A stretch of 64,000 nucleotides of DNA from assembly GCA_963765145.1 (NCBI GenBank), contig CAVXVG010000005.1, forward strand, positions 4,007 through 68,006. The letters run 5' to 3'. The notes beneath the pieces were generated by a model, which saw nothing but the letters and a program-made list of their open reading frames with translations, did not search any database and was not told the DNA's origin. The DNA is from Parachlamydiales bacterium (GTDB taxonomy: Bacteria; Chlamydiota; Chlamydiia; Chlamydiales; JAJFMK01). Both the position numbers and the translations under genes were made by a program. Below, one piece after another: positions 43,264 to 52,730 of the stretch (the stretch's first letter is position 1; every line of letters begins with the position of its first letter).

Positions 43264-44391
43264 CTAATGTGTCTCTTCAAGACGCATTGGCATCAACATG
43301 AAGAGAGGGGTCGTTTTCGAATTGTATCCTTCAGGCTCTTGGTCGATCAAAAGGCCGGGATTGTACGCATCGGTGATTCCCAAAGTGACTGTTTCTCCTT
43401 TGCAGTGGCGAAGGATGTCTAAAAAATAACCGGGGTTAAAGGCGATGTCAATTTTATCCCCGCTGTATTGTAGAGGCATCGATACTTTTCCTTCTCCCAC
43501 CTCGGCTGCGTTAGCAGATAATTTGAGCTCTTCTGGGCAAAAAGAGAATCTTACCGATTGAGAAGCATCAGCTGTAAACAGAGAGATTTGTCTCAATAAG
43601 GAGATCAATTCATCTCTGTGGATAGTCAACATTTCTTGCGGGCTTTGAGGAATGACTCGCATAAAGTCAGGAAATTCGCCCGGAAGCAGTTTAGTGACAA
43701 AAAGGAATGAGGGTGTTTGGACAGCTACTCGATCGGGTTGGAGATAGAGGACCATTTTCTCTTCCCCTTCCAAGTTTCTGAGCAGCTCATCCACCGCACG
43801 GATGGGGAGGATGGCATTTCCAAGAAATTCTTGAGTTCCAATAGGAGGAAGGTGGGCTTTTGACAACTTTTTCCCATCAGTCCCAACAAAGGTAACCAGC
43901 CCCTCTTCAATTCTCATCAACACGCCGGTCAAAGCGTAGCGGCTATCTTCTTTTGAAACGGCAAAAGCCGTTTTATAAAGAGACTCTTTGAACGTTTTTG
44001 CGTCGATTGTGGTTTTTTGTGCCCCTTGAAGATCGGGGAAAGGAGGGTATTCAGCAGGGGGAAGAGCGTGGATTTTAAAGCGAGAAGCATTGGCGTTGAT
44101 CTCAATGACCTCGTCTTTTCCTTTCCAAATTTCCACCGCGTGGCAGGTTAATTCGTTGATGAGCTGAGTAAGCCTGCGCGCAGGAAGGGTAGTAGCCCCC
44201 TCTTCTTGCACTCGGGCTTCGGCAAATGTTTGCATACCGATCACAAGATCGGTACCTGTTACAGTCAGTGTATTCCCTTTAGCTTCCAATAAAATATTGG
44301 ATAGAATTGGGAGGGCTGCTTTTTGCCCCACAACTGTCTGTAGACGCTTTAATAATTGAAGAAGATCTTGTCTTTGAGCAATAAATCGCAT
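43264..44391 (-). CDS. dnaN: DNA polymerase III beta sliding clamp
   Basis: Three-domain clamp pattern (LPILSNILLEA, ..TGTDL.., FNPGYFLDIL). Start taken at ATG 44389-44391 (MRFIAQRQDLL). Confidence 0.9.
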   Translation of the reverse strand: MRFIAQRQDLLQLLKRLQTVVGQKAALPILSNILLEAKGNTLTVTGTDLVIGMQTFAEARVQEEGATTLPARRLTQLINELTCHAVEIWKGKDEVIEINANASRFKIHALPPAEYPPFPDLQGAQKTTIDAKTFKESLYKTAFAVSKEDSRYALTGVLMRIEEGLVTFVGTDGKKLSKAHLPPIGTQEFLGNAILPIRAVDELLRNLEGEEKMVLYLQPDRVAVQTPSFLFVTKLLPGEFPDFMRVIPQSPQEMLTIHRDELISLLRQISLFTADASQSVRFSFCPEELKLSANAAEVGEGKVSMPLQYSGDKIDIAFNPGYFLDILRHCKGETVTLGITDAYNPGLLIDQEPEGYNSKTTPLFMLMPMRLEETH

Positions 44392-44474
44392 AGTACTGGC
44401 ACTTTTTACAAAACGGGAGCATATCATTTTTCCCGTTTTCAGATTAGACTTCTTTTCGAGTATAATAATTCGAT

Positions 44475-44918
44475 ATGACCGACCTTGTTTCCAACAGAAA
44501 AGCCTTTCATGACTATGAAATTCTTGAGACTTTAGAGTCTGGAATTGCTCTTGTCGGAACGGAAGTCAAGTCGCTTCGTGAACACCACGGTAGTTTGTCA
44601 GACGCCTTTGTCATCTTTGAAGAGGGAGAAGCTATTTTGATTTCTTCCGCAATCACCCCTTATCGGTTTGGAAATGTCCATAACCATGAAGAGCGGAGAA
44701 AAAGAAAGCTACTCCTCCATAAAAAAGAAATTTTTGACCTGAAAAGGAAAAGAGAAGAGAAGGGGCTTACCATCATTCCCCTTGCATTTTACCTGAAAAA
44801 GGGGAAAGTCAAAGTGCGCCTTGCTGTTGTAAAAGGGAAAAAGCAACACGATAAACGGGCTGCCACAAAAGATCGCGAGGTTAAACGAGAAATCGACAGA
44901 GCGATGAAAGAGAAGTAG
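44475..44918 (+). CDS. smpB: SsrA-binding protein
   Basis: [29 protein letters not shown] and a basic C-terminal tail. 147 aa. Confidence 0.93.
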   Translation: MTDLVSNRKAFHDYEILETLESGIALVGTEVKSLREHHGSLSDAFVIFEEGEAILISSAITPYRFGNVHNHEERRKRKLLLHKKEIFDLKRKREEKGLTIIPLAFYLKKGKVKVRLAVVKGKKQHDKRAATKDREVKREIDRAMKEK

Positions 44919-44919
44919 A

Positions 44920-45339
44920 ATGAAAGTTTTAGTTGCTGCGGTTGGTAAACCACCCAAGGGATGGGTAGCAGAAGGTCTTTCAGAGTATACCGAGCGGCTA
45001 AAAGGTGTTCTTTCAATCGAGTGGCATTTTTTTAAAACGGACGATCAGTTAATCGCGTTCGTCAAAAAGCAGAGACAGATTGTTCTTTTAGACCCCAATG
45101 GTAAGCAAGTAACAAGCCCTGCTTTTTCGACTCTATTTCATCAAAAAGTGGTCGAGGGGGGCGCCTCTATTACTTTCGTCATTGGCGGCTCCGACGGCCT
45201 TCCCGAATCGCTCAAAAGCCAGGGACACCTGCTGAGCCTTTCTTCCCTGACCTTTACCCATCAGATGGCGCCTCTCATCCTGATCGAGCAGATCTACCGC
45301 GCCATCGAAATCGCAAAAGGCACTCCCTACCACAAGTGA
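44920..45339 (+). CDS. rlmH: 23S rRNA (pseudouridine1915-N3)-methyltransferase RlmH (SPOUT)
   Basis: ITFVIGGSDGL and LSLSSLTFTHQMAPLILIEQIYRA...G.PYHK. Confidence 0.88.
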   Translation: MKVLVAAVGKPPKGWVAEGLSEYTERLKGVLSIEWHFFKTDDQLIAFVKKQRQIVLLDPNGKQVTSPAFSTLFHQKVVEGGASITFVIGGSDGLPESLKSQGHLLSLSSLTFTHQMAPLILIEQIYRAIEIAKGTPYHK

Positions 45340-45378
45340 ATAAACGTGCCCGAACAAAAAAAGGCGGAGCGAAGAGGA

Positions 45379-45452
45379 TGAAATAACGAAAAAGTCACCC
45401 ATCGGTAGTATATTGGCTGGCATACACCGATGGGTGACTTTTATCGTTATTT
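45379..45452. terminator. Long hairpin between convergent rlmH and ClC genes
   Basis: gaaataacgaaaaagtcacccatcggt ... accgatgggtgacttttatcgttatttc. Arms of about 27 nt with a 17-nt loop. Confidence 0.55.
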
Positions 45453-45470
45453 CGCCTCTGCAGGCCTCGC

Positions 45471-46829
45471 CTACCGGGAGGCTTTAAGGCCGCGGGGCAA
45501 TAATATGCCACGCCTAAAGAGTCTGAGGGTGTAAATGCTTTCGTGGCAGATGGCTGCGCGAACGCTATAAGCAATTGCAACCGTCAACATTGTAGGAAGG
45601 ATGTGGTAAAAGTCGTGGGTCATCTCCATCACAATGACGATCGCTGTGATGACAGCGCCTGTTGTTCCTCCTACCATTCCAGCCATTCCAGCCACAGCAA
45701 ATAGACTTGCGTCAATGGCAACGCTCGGAAATAACGCATTGAAAAACTGGCCGTAGGCAGCGCCAAAGACAGCTCCTAAAACAAGCGATGGCAAAAACAC
45801 ACCGCCTGTTCCTCCTGATCCTAAGGTCAGGCAGGTTGCAAGGAGTTTGGAGAAAAATAAAAAAGAGAGTACCCAAGGGTTTACAAGGAGTTCTTTTAAT
45901 GTATCGAAGATAAGCGCATAGCCTAAGCCCTCGATATAATAGTGACCGAAAAACACCATGCACAAGTAAAACATGACTCCTACTATAAACATGCCTATTG
46001 AATGTCGAAGATAGGGGTTTTTAAAGACTGCATGGAACAGGTCGTCAAGGCCGCAAAGAAGGTAAATAAATAGGGCGCTTGCGAGGCCTAAAAAGATGCC
46101 GAAAGGGATGAAAAACAGAGTCATCTGCAATATTGACGGATAATCTAGAGGAGGCAAAGAGGCGACTAGAAGGACAGGATCCATTCCGAAAAGGAAATAA
46201 CCAATAAATGTGGCCACAACAGTAGAAATGGTGACCAAGCTGATGCTGGTTTCATTAACAGATACAAGAAGTAATTCAAGTGCAAATAGCATTCCGCCAA
46301 GAGGCGCGTTAAATGTGGCGGCAAGTCCGGCAGCACCTCCTGCTGCAACAAGCATGGTGCGTTGCGCAGCAGGCATAGCAATCAATTGTCCGATAGCTGA
46401 GCCAAGTGCACTGCCAATTTGGATGATGGGCCCTTCACGGCCAACCGAGCCGCCGCTTCCGATAGAAATGGCAGATGTTAAAGCTTTGACAAACGCAACA
46501 ACCGGCCTGATTTTGCCCCCTTGAAAGTGATTGGCATACATCACCTCAGAGACCCCATGCCCTTTAGCTTCATGAGAAACATTTTCAATCAACCATGTGA
46601 CGACCAAGCCTCCAAGCACCGGGGCAAAGATAATGCCTGCACCCCAAACGCTTGGCAACGTGTGTAGATCTGTGCCGTAATAAAAGCTAAATTCCCCCAA
46701 AAAAAAGAGGTTGTGCATCAGGTTGATGAGATTGCGAAAAATCGCCGCACCCACACCGGCCAATAGCCCAACGGCTACAGCGCACCCTATCAGGACTGGG
46801 ACCGATAAAGATTTTCTACTTGATGCCAT
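45471..46829 (-). CDS. ClC-family chloride channel / H+-Cl- antiporter
   Basis: GSGGSVGREGP and GGVFLPS motifs. Polytopic, 452 aa. Confidence 0.88.
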   Translation of the reverse strand: MASSRKSLSVPVLIGCAVAVGLLAGVGAAIFRNLINLMHNLFFLGEFSFYYGTDLHTLPSVWGAGIIFAPVLGGLVVTWLIENVSHEAKGHGVSEVMYANHFQGGKIRPVVAFVKALTSAISIGSGGSVGREGPIIQIGSALGSAIGQLIAMPAAQRTMLVAAGGAAGLAATFNAPLGGMLFALELLLVSVNETSISLVTISTVVATFIGYFLFGMDPVLLVASLPPLDYPSILQMTLFFIPFGIFLGLASALFIYLLCGLDDLFHAVFKNPYLRHSIGMFIVGVMFYLCMVFFGHYYIEGLGYALIFDTLKELLVNPWVLSFLFFSKLLATCLTLGSGGTGGVFLPSLVLGAVFGAAYGQFFNALFPSVAIDASLFAVAGMAGMVGGTTGAVITAIVIVMEMTHDFYHILPTMLTVAIAYSVRAAICHESIYTLRLFRRGILLPRGLKASR

Positions 46830-46843
46830 CTGGGGTGCAAAAA

Positions 46844-47335
46844 CTAAGCAGGTTTTAGCGAACGATAGACGCGTAGCGAGGCAACGCCGCCTTGGATCAG
46901 GGCAACGCCGACAGCCACATCAATAAAGCCGCGGACATCAATTGGAACGGGTAGATTATTGATCAACATCCCAAGTGTCATCATGACCCCTAAGATGATC
47001 CATCCTTTCCGATCATAGGCTTGTGAAAGGGGGATTGGGTTGGTTTCAGACTGCAGCCGTAATAGGTTTCTTTCCACCCCGGGTACAATGACTTTCCGAC
47101 CTTTAAAAACGCCTGCAACAAGAGCAATGATCACTAAAAAAATCATAGCCATGCTTGCATCGCCAAAAAGAGAAGTGAGAGGTCGCACAAAAGGGAGTGT
47201 TAAAGAGGGAAGTTCTCCTGCAAGGCTTGTCGCCTCTGAAATAAAATTAACGCCTTTTCTATTGAGCATGATGCCCGCAAGGAAATAGGGCAAGCCAGAG
47301 AGAAAAATGATCAGTTGCGGTTTAAACCGAAGCAT
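46844..47335 (-). CDS. Small integral membrane protein
   Basis: Four hydrophobic segments. Same strand as the ClC gene and 14 nt upstream of it. Confidence 0.45.
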   Translation of the reverse strand: MLRFKPQLIIFLSGLPYFLAGIMLNRKGVNFISEATSLAGELPSLTLPFVRPLTSLFGDASMAMIFLVIIALVAGVFKGRKVIVPGVERNLLRLQSETNPIPLSQAYDRKGWIILGVMMTLGMLINNLPVPIDVRGFIDVAVGVALIQGGVASLRVYRSLKPA

Positions 47336-47383
47336 GGGAAAGACTCCTTAAAATAGAATATTTTAAGGAGTGCTCCCATTAAT

Positions 47384-48478
47384 TTAGTAGGTAAATGATG
47401 CGGAAAGGACAAGACCTTGGAAAGAAAGGTCATTGCTGGATTGGTTGGCATTAGGTGATACAACAACTTGGCCGAGAGAAAAATTGGCAAAATTCACTTG
47501 TCTGAAATATTGATGGAGTTCCCAACCGGCTTTCAGTTGCAATAACCCGTTGCCGTTTTCATACATAAAATGGTTCCATTGCACACCAAAAGCTAGATCC
47601 ATGATGGTGCGGACGACGTTTGGCCTATATGTACTTTCTACAGTAATAAGTGATGTGAAATTTAGTACGTTTGTTCCCGCCCCGGAAAGAGAGGATTTAT
47701 TTTTACCATATAGCAGGGCTGTGGAAAAATCTCCGTATAGCCCAAGGCCGCACATCATGTCCCAGGTAGAGGAAAGGCCTGCCACAATTCCAATTCCCTT
47801 AAATTCATTCCTTAACTTTGCGGTAATGGTAGCGGTATTTGAAATAATGGAGCCGTCGGTTGTAAAGATTTGGTTAAAAGAGGAAGTTTTTTGATTTAAG
47901 AAAAGGGCTCGTAATCCACCATAGGGTTTTAATGTGACCTTATGGCCGACATAAAATTCCCTATTGATGACAAGATCCGCTTGCTCTAATTCCACTTGCC
48001 AGTGGGCCTTTAAACTGGAATCGGAAACAGCTGTAAAATTAGTTGAGTTGACATAGGGAGATGCGACCAGTGTTGTTGTAGTCGTCGTATTTGCTAATGC
48101 CGTGGAGTAGAAGAAATCGTGCAAGTAGTGAGTCCAATTGAACGCGACTCTCCATTCATTGCAAGGCCATCCTGCATCTACGCCTACTCTAAAGCCCGCT
48201 TTGTATTCATACTTGTAATCTTGCAAGCTCACAAAGATCGCCTCAGATAAGACATCGCCCGCTAGTCTTGCTGGCGAATTGATCGTAATGGCAGCGGGAT
48301 TTCCTTCTGCATGCGGTTGCCAGTAAAGGAAATCAAAATGGCCTCCCCAAACACAGCATTCATTTGAGATTAAAGGAGGGTTGACTGCGTAGGTGTAGCA
48401 GTTCGGATCATCCAAAGCCATACAGCAAGGACCAGCAAAAAGAGTGATGGGGGCTAAAAGAGATAGAAATTTTTTCAT
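47384..48478 (-). CDS. Cysteine-rich beta-barrel outer membrane protein, family member 1
   Basis: Signal peptide. N-terminal CC..DP.CY.YAVNPP...CC.WGG.FDFLYW, WTHYLH, and a C-terminal FQGLVLSASFTY. Confidence 0.7.
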   Translation of the reverse strand: MKKFLSLLAPITLFAGPCCMALDDPNCYTYAVNPPLISNECCVWGGHFDFLYWQPHAEGNPAAITINSPARLAGDVLSEAIFVSLQDYKYEYKAGFRVGVDAGWPCNEWRVAFNWTHYLHDFFYSTALANTTTTTTLVASPYVNSTNFTAVSDSSLKAHWQVELEQADLVINREFYVGHKVTLKPYGGLRALFLNQKTSSFNQIFTTDGSIISNTATITAKLRNEFKGIGIVAGLSSTWDMMCGLGLYGDFSTALLYGKNKSSLSGAGTNVLNFTSLITVESTYRPNVVRTIMDLAFGVQWNHFMYENGNGLLQLKAGWELHQYFRQVNFANFSLGQVVVSPNANQSSNDLSFQGLVLSASFTY

Positions 48479-48485
48479 TATAGGC

Positions 48486-49577
48486 CTAATGGTTAAAGGT
48501 TGCGGATAGAACGAGTCCCTGGAAAGCTATGTTACTGGCCGGCTTTTTGAAGCTGCCACCCACAAACATCTGGTCTTCGCTCAAATTCATAAGAGTGTTT
48601 TGGTTAAAATAAAGGTGTTCTTCCCAACCGGCCCTTAAGCAGACGACACTTCCATTGGCTAAGTTGGAACTTTTCCACTGAAGGCCAAGGGCAAAATCGA
48701 ACGCATATTTGACCGTATTGAGGTCGTGAGAAAAATGGGCGTTTATAAAAGTTAAGTTTTGGCCTAATTCAAGGCCGGTATTGGTTAGTTGGCCTTGTAG
48801 GGTTGACCGACTTTTTCCGTAAAAAATGGAACATTTCATATCGGTGTATAAGCTGCATTGGCAGAGAAAGTCCCAAGTAGAGAAAAATCCTCCCACCAAA
48901 CCTACCCCTTTAAAATCGGTTGAGGCTTTAAGGTTTGTGGTAGAAGTATTGAATGACTGCCCAACGGGCGCACCGTGGATGGTGTTAGAGGCTTCGACTT
49001 TTTGTTTTAACAAAAAGGCCCTCAAGCCTCCATAGGGACAAAAAGTTACTTGATGTCCAAAGTAAAATTTCCGATTCAATACAAGGTCAAGCACCTCTAG
49101 TTGCGTGCGCAAAGAAGAATCGACGAATGAATCCGAGTATAAAACATCATTGTCTTGAGGCGTAAAAAATCCAATGTTTAGGTAAGAGGATAGGGCAACC
49201 TGATTTCCGGTAGCTGAAACAGATCCCTGATTGTGGTGAAGGTAGTGGGTCCAATCTAAAGACACATTCCACTCGTCGCAGGGTAATCCTGCATCAATAC
49301 CTATACGAAATCCGGCTAGATAGTCATATGCATACTCTTTTGTTATGAAAGAAAACGGGCCGCTGGTTGTGGAGGATTTTGCATTAGAATCATTTTTCAC
49401 CACATAGGCAAACGGGTTTTCATCTTCTGAAATTTGTAAATAGAGAAAATCGAAATGACCTCCCCAATTGCAGGTTTCACGTGAAATGGGTGGAGGGTTG
49501 ACCCCAAAGGGATAGTTACAGCCGGTATCTGCTAGCAATAGGGTAGGGACTAAAAAAGTAAGGAAACCTTTTTTCAT
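48486..49577 (-). CDS. Cysteine-rich beta-barrel outer membrane protein, family member 2
   Basis: Paralog (GVNPPPISRETCNWGGHFDFLYLQ, WTHYLH, FQGLVLSATFNH). Start taken at ATG 49575-49577. Confidence 0.7.
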   Translation of the reverse strand: MKKGFLTFLVPTLLLADTGCNYPFGVNPPPISRETCNWGGHFDFLYLQISEDENPFAYVVKNDSNAKSSTTSGPFSFITKEYAYDYLAGFRIGIDAGLPCDEWNVSLDWTHYLHHNQGSVSATGNQVALSSYLNIGFFTPQDNDVLYSDSFVDSSLRTQLEVLDLVLNRKFYFGHQVTFCPYGGLRAFLLKQKVEASNTIHGAPVGQSFNTSTTNLKASTDFKGVGLVGGFFSTWDFLCQCSLYTDMKCSIFYGKSRSTLQGQLTNTGLELGQNLTFINAHFSHDLNTVKYAFDFALGLQWKSSNLANGSVVCLRAGWEEHLYFNQNTLMNLSEDQMFVGGSFKKPASNIAFQGLVLSATFNH

Positions 49578-49579
49578 GA

Positions 49580-50695
49580 TCAATAAGTCAAACTAGCAGA
49601 GACAACAAGTCCTTGCAAGGTTATATCACCTGCAGGTTTGCTCAAATTAACATTGAAGAGGGCCTGATCAAATGACAAGCTAGGTAAGGTGTTTTGGCGG
49701 AAGTAAATTTGTTGTTCCCATCCTGCACGCAGGGTCAGTATAGCCCTCTGTTGGCAAAAAGATTCTCTCCATTGCAAGCCAAAAGAAAGGTCTAGTAAGG
49801 CTTTAATTTGATTGCGGTTTTGGGTCACATTGGCCGTAAAGCCGGTTGTAGGTGCATTTGTTAAAGTTGGAGTCGTTGCATTGCCTGTCAGGTTAGATTT
49901 GTTTTTCCCATAAAGGGCAGAGGCTGAAATATCCCCATAAAAACTTAAGTTGCACAAAAACTCCCAAGAAGAAAATAGGCCAGCCTCTATCCCAACACCT
50001 TTAAAATCGGATGAGGATGTGGCAAGGCTTGTTTGGGTGGCTAAAGGTTCTCCGCCTATGAAGCTTGCGATAGTATTGGTTGTATGGACTTTTTGTTTCA
50101 AAAGGAGGATTTGCAATCCGCCATATGGCATGAGGGTCACTTGGTGGCCAATATAAAATTCTCTGCTGCATACCAGATCAATGAGGTCTAATTGGATTTT
50201 CCAGTTAGCATTGACGCTGGTTTGACCAAAAGTAACACCTGCATCAATGAACGAAAAGGTTCCGAAATTAAAATAACTACCTAAGGCAACTGTTAGCGGG
50301 TCATTCGTGAAGATAGATCCGTGGTTAGTATGGAGATAATGGGTCCAATCTGCATTTAGTCTCCATTCGTTTTGAGGTAGGCCAACGGCTATTCCTAACC
50401 TAAAGCCCCCCTCGTAATCGTAGTTAAAATCTTTAAGAGTTAAGGAATAATTCCCGTTTGGCGAAGGTGCTCTTGTCGTAACGCTGTTTGAGATACTTGC
50501 AGCAAACTCATTGTTTTCAACAGAAGGTCTCCAATAAAGAAAGTCTAAACGTCCTCCCCATATCCAACAAGGGTTGCAACAAATAGGTGGGTTAACAGCG
50601 TAAGGATAACAATGTGGTTCTTGCAGCCTTTCACAACAAGGATCTGCCAAGAGGGGAGAGATTGCAGCGAGGAGAACAGGCAAAGTTATTTTCAT
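49580..50695 (-). CDS. Cysteine-rich beta-barrel outer membrane protein, family member 3
   Basis: Paralog (DPCCERLQEPHCYPYAVNPPICCNPCWIWGGRLDFLYW, WTHYLH, LQGLVVSASLTY). Confidence 0.7.
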   Translation of the reverse strand: MKITLPVLLAAISPLLADPCCERLQEPHCYPYAVNPPICCNPCWIWGGRLDFLYWRPSVENNEFAASISNSVTTRAPSPNGNYSLTLKDFNYDYEGGFRLGIAVGLPQNEWRLNADWTHYLHTNHGSIFTNDPLTVALGSYFNFGTFSFIDAGVTFGQTSVNANWKIQLDLIDLVCSREFYIGHQVTLMPYGGLQILLLKQKVHTTNTIASFIGGEPLATQTSLATSSSDFKGVGIEAGLFSSWEFLCNLSFYGDISASALYGKNKSNLTGNATTPTLTNAPTTGFTANVTQNRNQIKALLDLSFGLQWRESFCQQRAILTLRAGWEQQIYFRQNTLPSLSFDQALFNVNLSKPAGDITLQGLVVSASLTY

Positions 50696-50874
50696 TATCC
50701 AACCTTCTGAAGTATGTATTTGAGAGTCATGGAAAAAAGATTTTTATGCAACGCATTAAAGCTTTTTGTAAGAAAGCTCAGTGGTCATCTGTTTGGCAAA
50801 TATCTTATGAAAGTGCTAGTGTCTAATTGCGTAAATAAGTGATCATATTTTTAACCAAAATTACCCTCTAGAGG

Positions 50875-51645
50875 ATGATGACAGCCCTTCCTTTTCTTGC
50901 ATTCCTAGGTGGCATAGGCGCCACATTTTTAATATACCCTTTTTGGAGCTCGATCCTTATAAAAAGGAAAAAACGGTTTGCACCAGGAACACTTGTTATT
51001 GATTCAAGTGCACTTTTAGACCCACGCTTAGTTGATGTCGCAGTTTCAGGGTTATTAGATAAGAGATTGTTATTGCCTCACAGTGTTCTTAAAAAATTAT
51101 CATTAGAAGCGCAGTCTGAAGATGAAATGGAAAGGCTGAAAGGGAAAAAAGGGTTAGAAAACTTCCGTCGGCTTGAAGCATTGGAAAACCTTGAACTGCA
51201 AATTGTGGATGTCAAAAGTGAAAAACGGGGCAGCACCTATCTAGAAGCCTTATCAATTGCGAAAACTTTAGACGCCGATCTATTAATTTCTGACCCAACT
51301 TTACAAGACCCTGCTATCACTGAAGGGGTTAAAATCATCAATCTTCAACTGGTTGCACCATCCTTCAAGCAGCCTATCCAAGGTGGAGAAAAATTGGTTG
51401 TGAAAGTGCAGCGAATGGGAAAAGAGATAGGGCAAGGGGTAGGCTATTTAGAAGATGGCACCATGGTTGTCATCAATGGTGCTTCAGACCTGATCGGTGA
51501 AACTTTAGAAACGATTGTTCTATCTGTTAAGCATAACACCGCAGGCCGTATGGTCTTTTGCAACACCAAAGAAGAGCATGCAAAAACTGCAGAGGGGCTG
51601 CTAGATAAGATGAAGCGACCGACTCTTGCCCGATTTCCTTTATGA
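50875..51645 (+). CDS. PIN and TRAM domain membrane-anchored protein (YacL-like)
   Basis: N-terminal TM segment. PIN-like LVIDSSALLDPRL ... LLISDP. C-terminal TRAM-like GEKLVVKVQRMGKEIGQGVGYLEDGTMVVINGA. Confidence 0.65.
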   Translation: MMTALPFLAFLGGIGATFLIYPFWSSILIKRKKRFAPGTLVIDSSALLDPRLVDVAVSGLLDKRLLLPHSVLKKLSLEAQSEDEMERLKGKKGLENFRRLEALENLELQIVDVKSEKRGSTYLEALSIAKTLDADLLISDPTLQDPAITEGVKIINLQLVAPSFKQPIQGGEKLVVKVQRMGKEIGQGVGYLEDGTMVVINGASDLIGETLETIVLSVKHNTAGRMVFCNTKEEHAKTAEGLLDKMKRPTLARFPL

Positions 51646-52019
51646 GTGCAATCAGAGGGATTGGTCATGATCTGATCGAAATTGATCGGATCGAGAAAGT
51701 TCACAAAGAACATGGCGATCGTTTTTTGGAAAGGATTTTCACAACAGAAGAAATTAAGTACTGCTTTACGAATCGCGATCCATACCCTTCATTAGCAGCC
51801 CGATTTGCTGCCAAAGAAGCGGTGTCTAAAGCCATTGGCACAGGAATTGGCAGGGAAGTCAACTGGAAGGATATTGAAGTGAGAAGAGAAGCTTCTGGCA
51901 AGCCTGTTGTTGTGTTGAGCCGCTCCTTGCAGGCCAAATTTCCTGGTGTGGATGTTTTGCTTACCCTGTCACATACCAAAAAAATAGCTTCCGCTTTCGC
52001 TATCCTTATCCAGAAGTAA
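51642..52019 (+). CDS. acpS: Holo-[acyl-carrier-protein] synthase
   Basis: GIGHDLIEIDRIEK, AARFAAKEAVSKA and LTLSHT. Confidence 0.88.
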   Translation: MSAIRGIGHDLIEIDRIEKVHKEHGDRFLERIFTTEEIKYCFTNRDPYPSLAARFAAKEAVSKAIGTGIGREVNWKDIEVRREASGKPVVVLSRSLQAKFPGVDVLLTLSHTKKIASAFAILIQK

Positions 52020-52028
52020 AGTTAAATA

Positions 52029-52696
52029 CGCGAAGCGTTTGGAGCAAGGAAGAGACTCTCGTCCCTCGGATCCTGAAGTAAGAATGTATTTCTCTTTCTA
52101 TCTTCCTCTGTTATCTCTGTGTCTCTGTGTTTTAATTTTTTAAAAAGTTTTAAACACAGAGGCACAGAGAACACGGATATGCTTTGCTAAATTGAAATCC
52201 TTTGTTGTTGAGAGCGCTTACTCAGGAGTGCTAAACTCCTGTTTTAACACGGCCTTGTTGCATAATGCCTTATACGTTTCTCCTGCAGCCCTTCAGGCTG
52301 CCATCTTTATTTTCTACCTTAACCTGGGGCGTTGCCCACAGGCTGTTGCAACTATCCGACTTTCAGCCGGAAAATCTCTATACACGTTTTCATTGGACTG
52401 AAAGGCCAAAATTGCAACAGCCCGTGGGCAACGCCCCGGGTCTAGGATGAAAATTTATATGGCAGCCCTTCAGGCTGCCATCTTTATTTTCTACCTTAAC
52501 CTGGGGCGTTGCCCACAGGCTGTTGCAACTATCCGACTTTCAGCCGGAAAATCTCTATACACGTTTTCATTGGCCTGAAAGGCCAAAATTGCAACAGCCC
52601 GTGGGCAACGCCCCGGGTCTAGGATGAAAATTTATATGGCAGCCTGAAGGGCTGCAGAATTATGCAACAAGACCGTTTAGCGCCAAACGCTTCGCG
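52029..52696. repeat. Composite family G repeat, inverted relative to 24390-24944, with a tandem pair of family D palindromes
   Basis: Termini cgcgaagcgtttggag / cgccaaacgcttcgcg. Cacagag hairpin at about 52095-52185. D elements at 52284-52461 and 52462-52657. Confidence 0.85.
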
Positions 52697-52730
52697 TGAG
52701 GGCACGGGATTAGGCGTGCCCTGAAATGAC

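Noticed and set aside
6293-52696. Possibility that the recurring hairpin repeats are a CRISPR array.
   Set aside because: There is no regular repeat-spacer periodicity. The repeats are long palindromes scattered between genes, nested in each other and in both orientations, and no cas genes are present.
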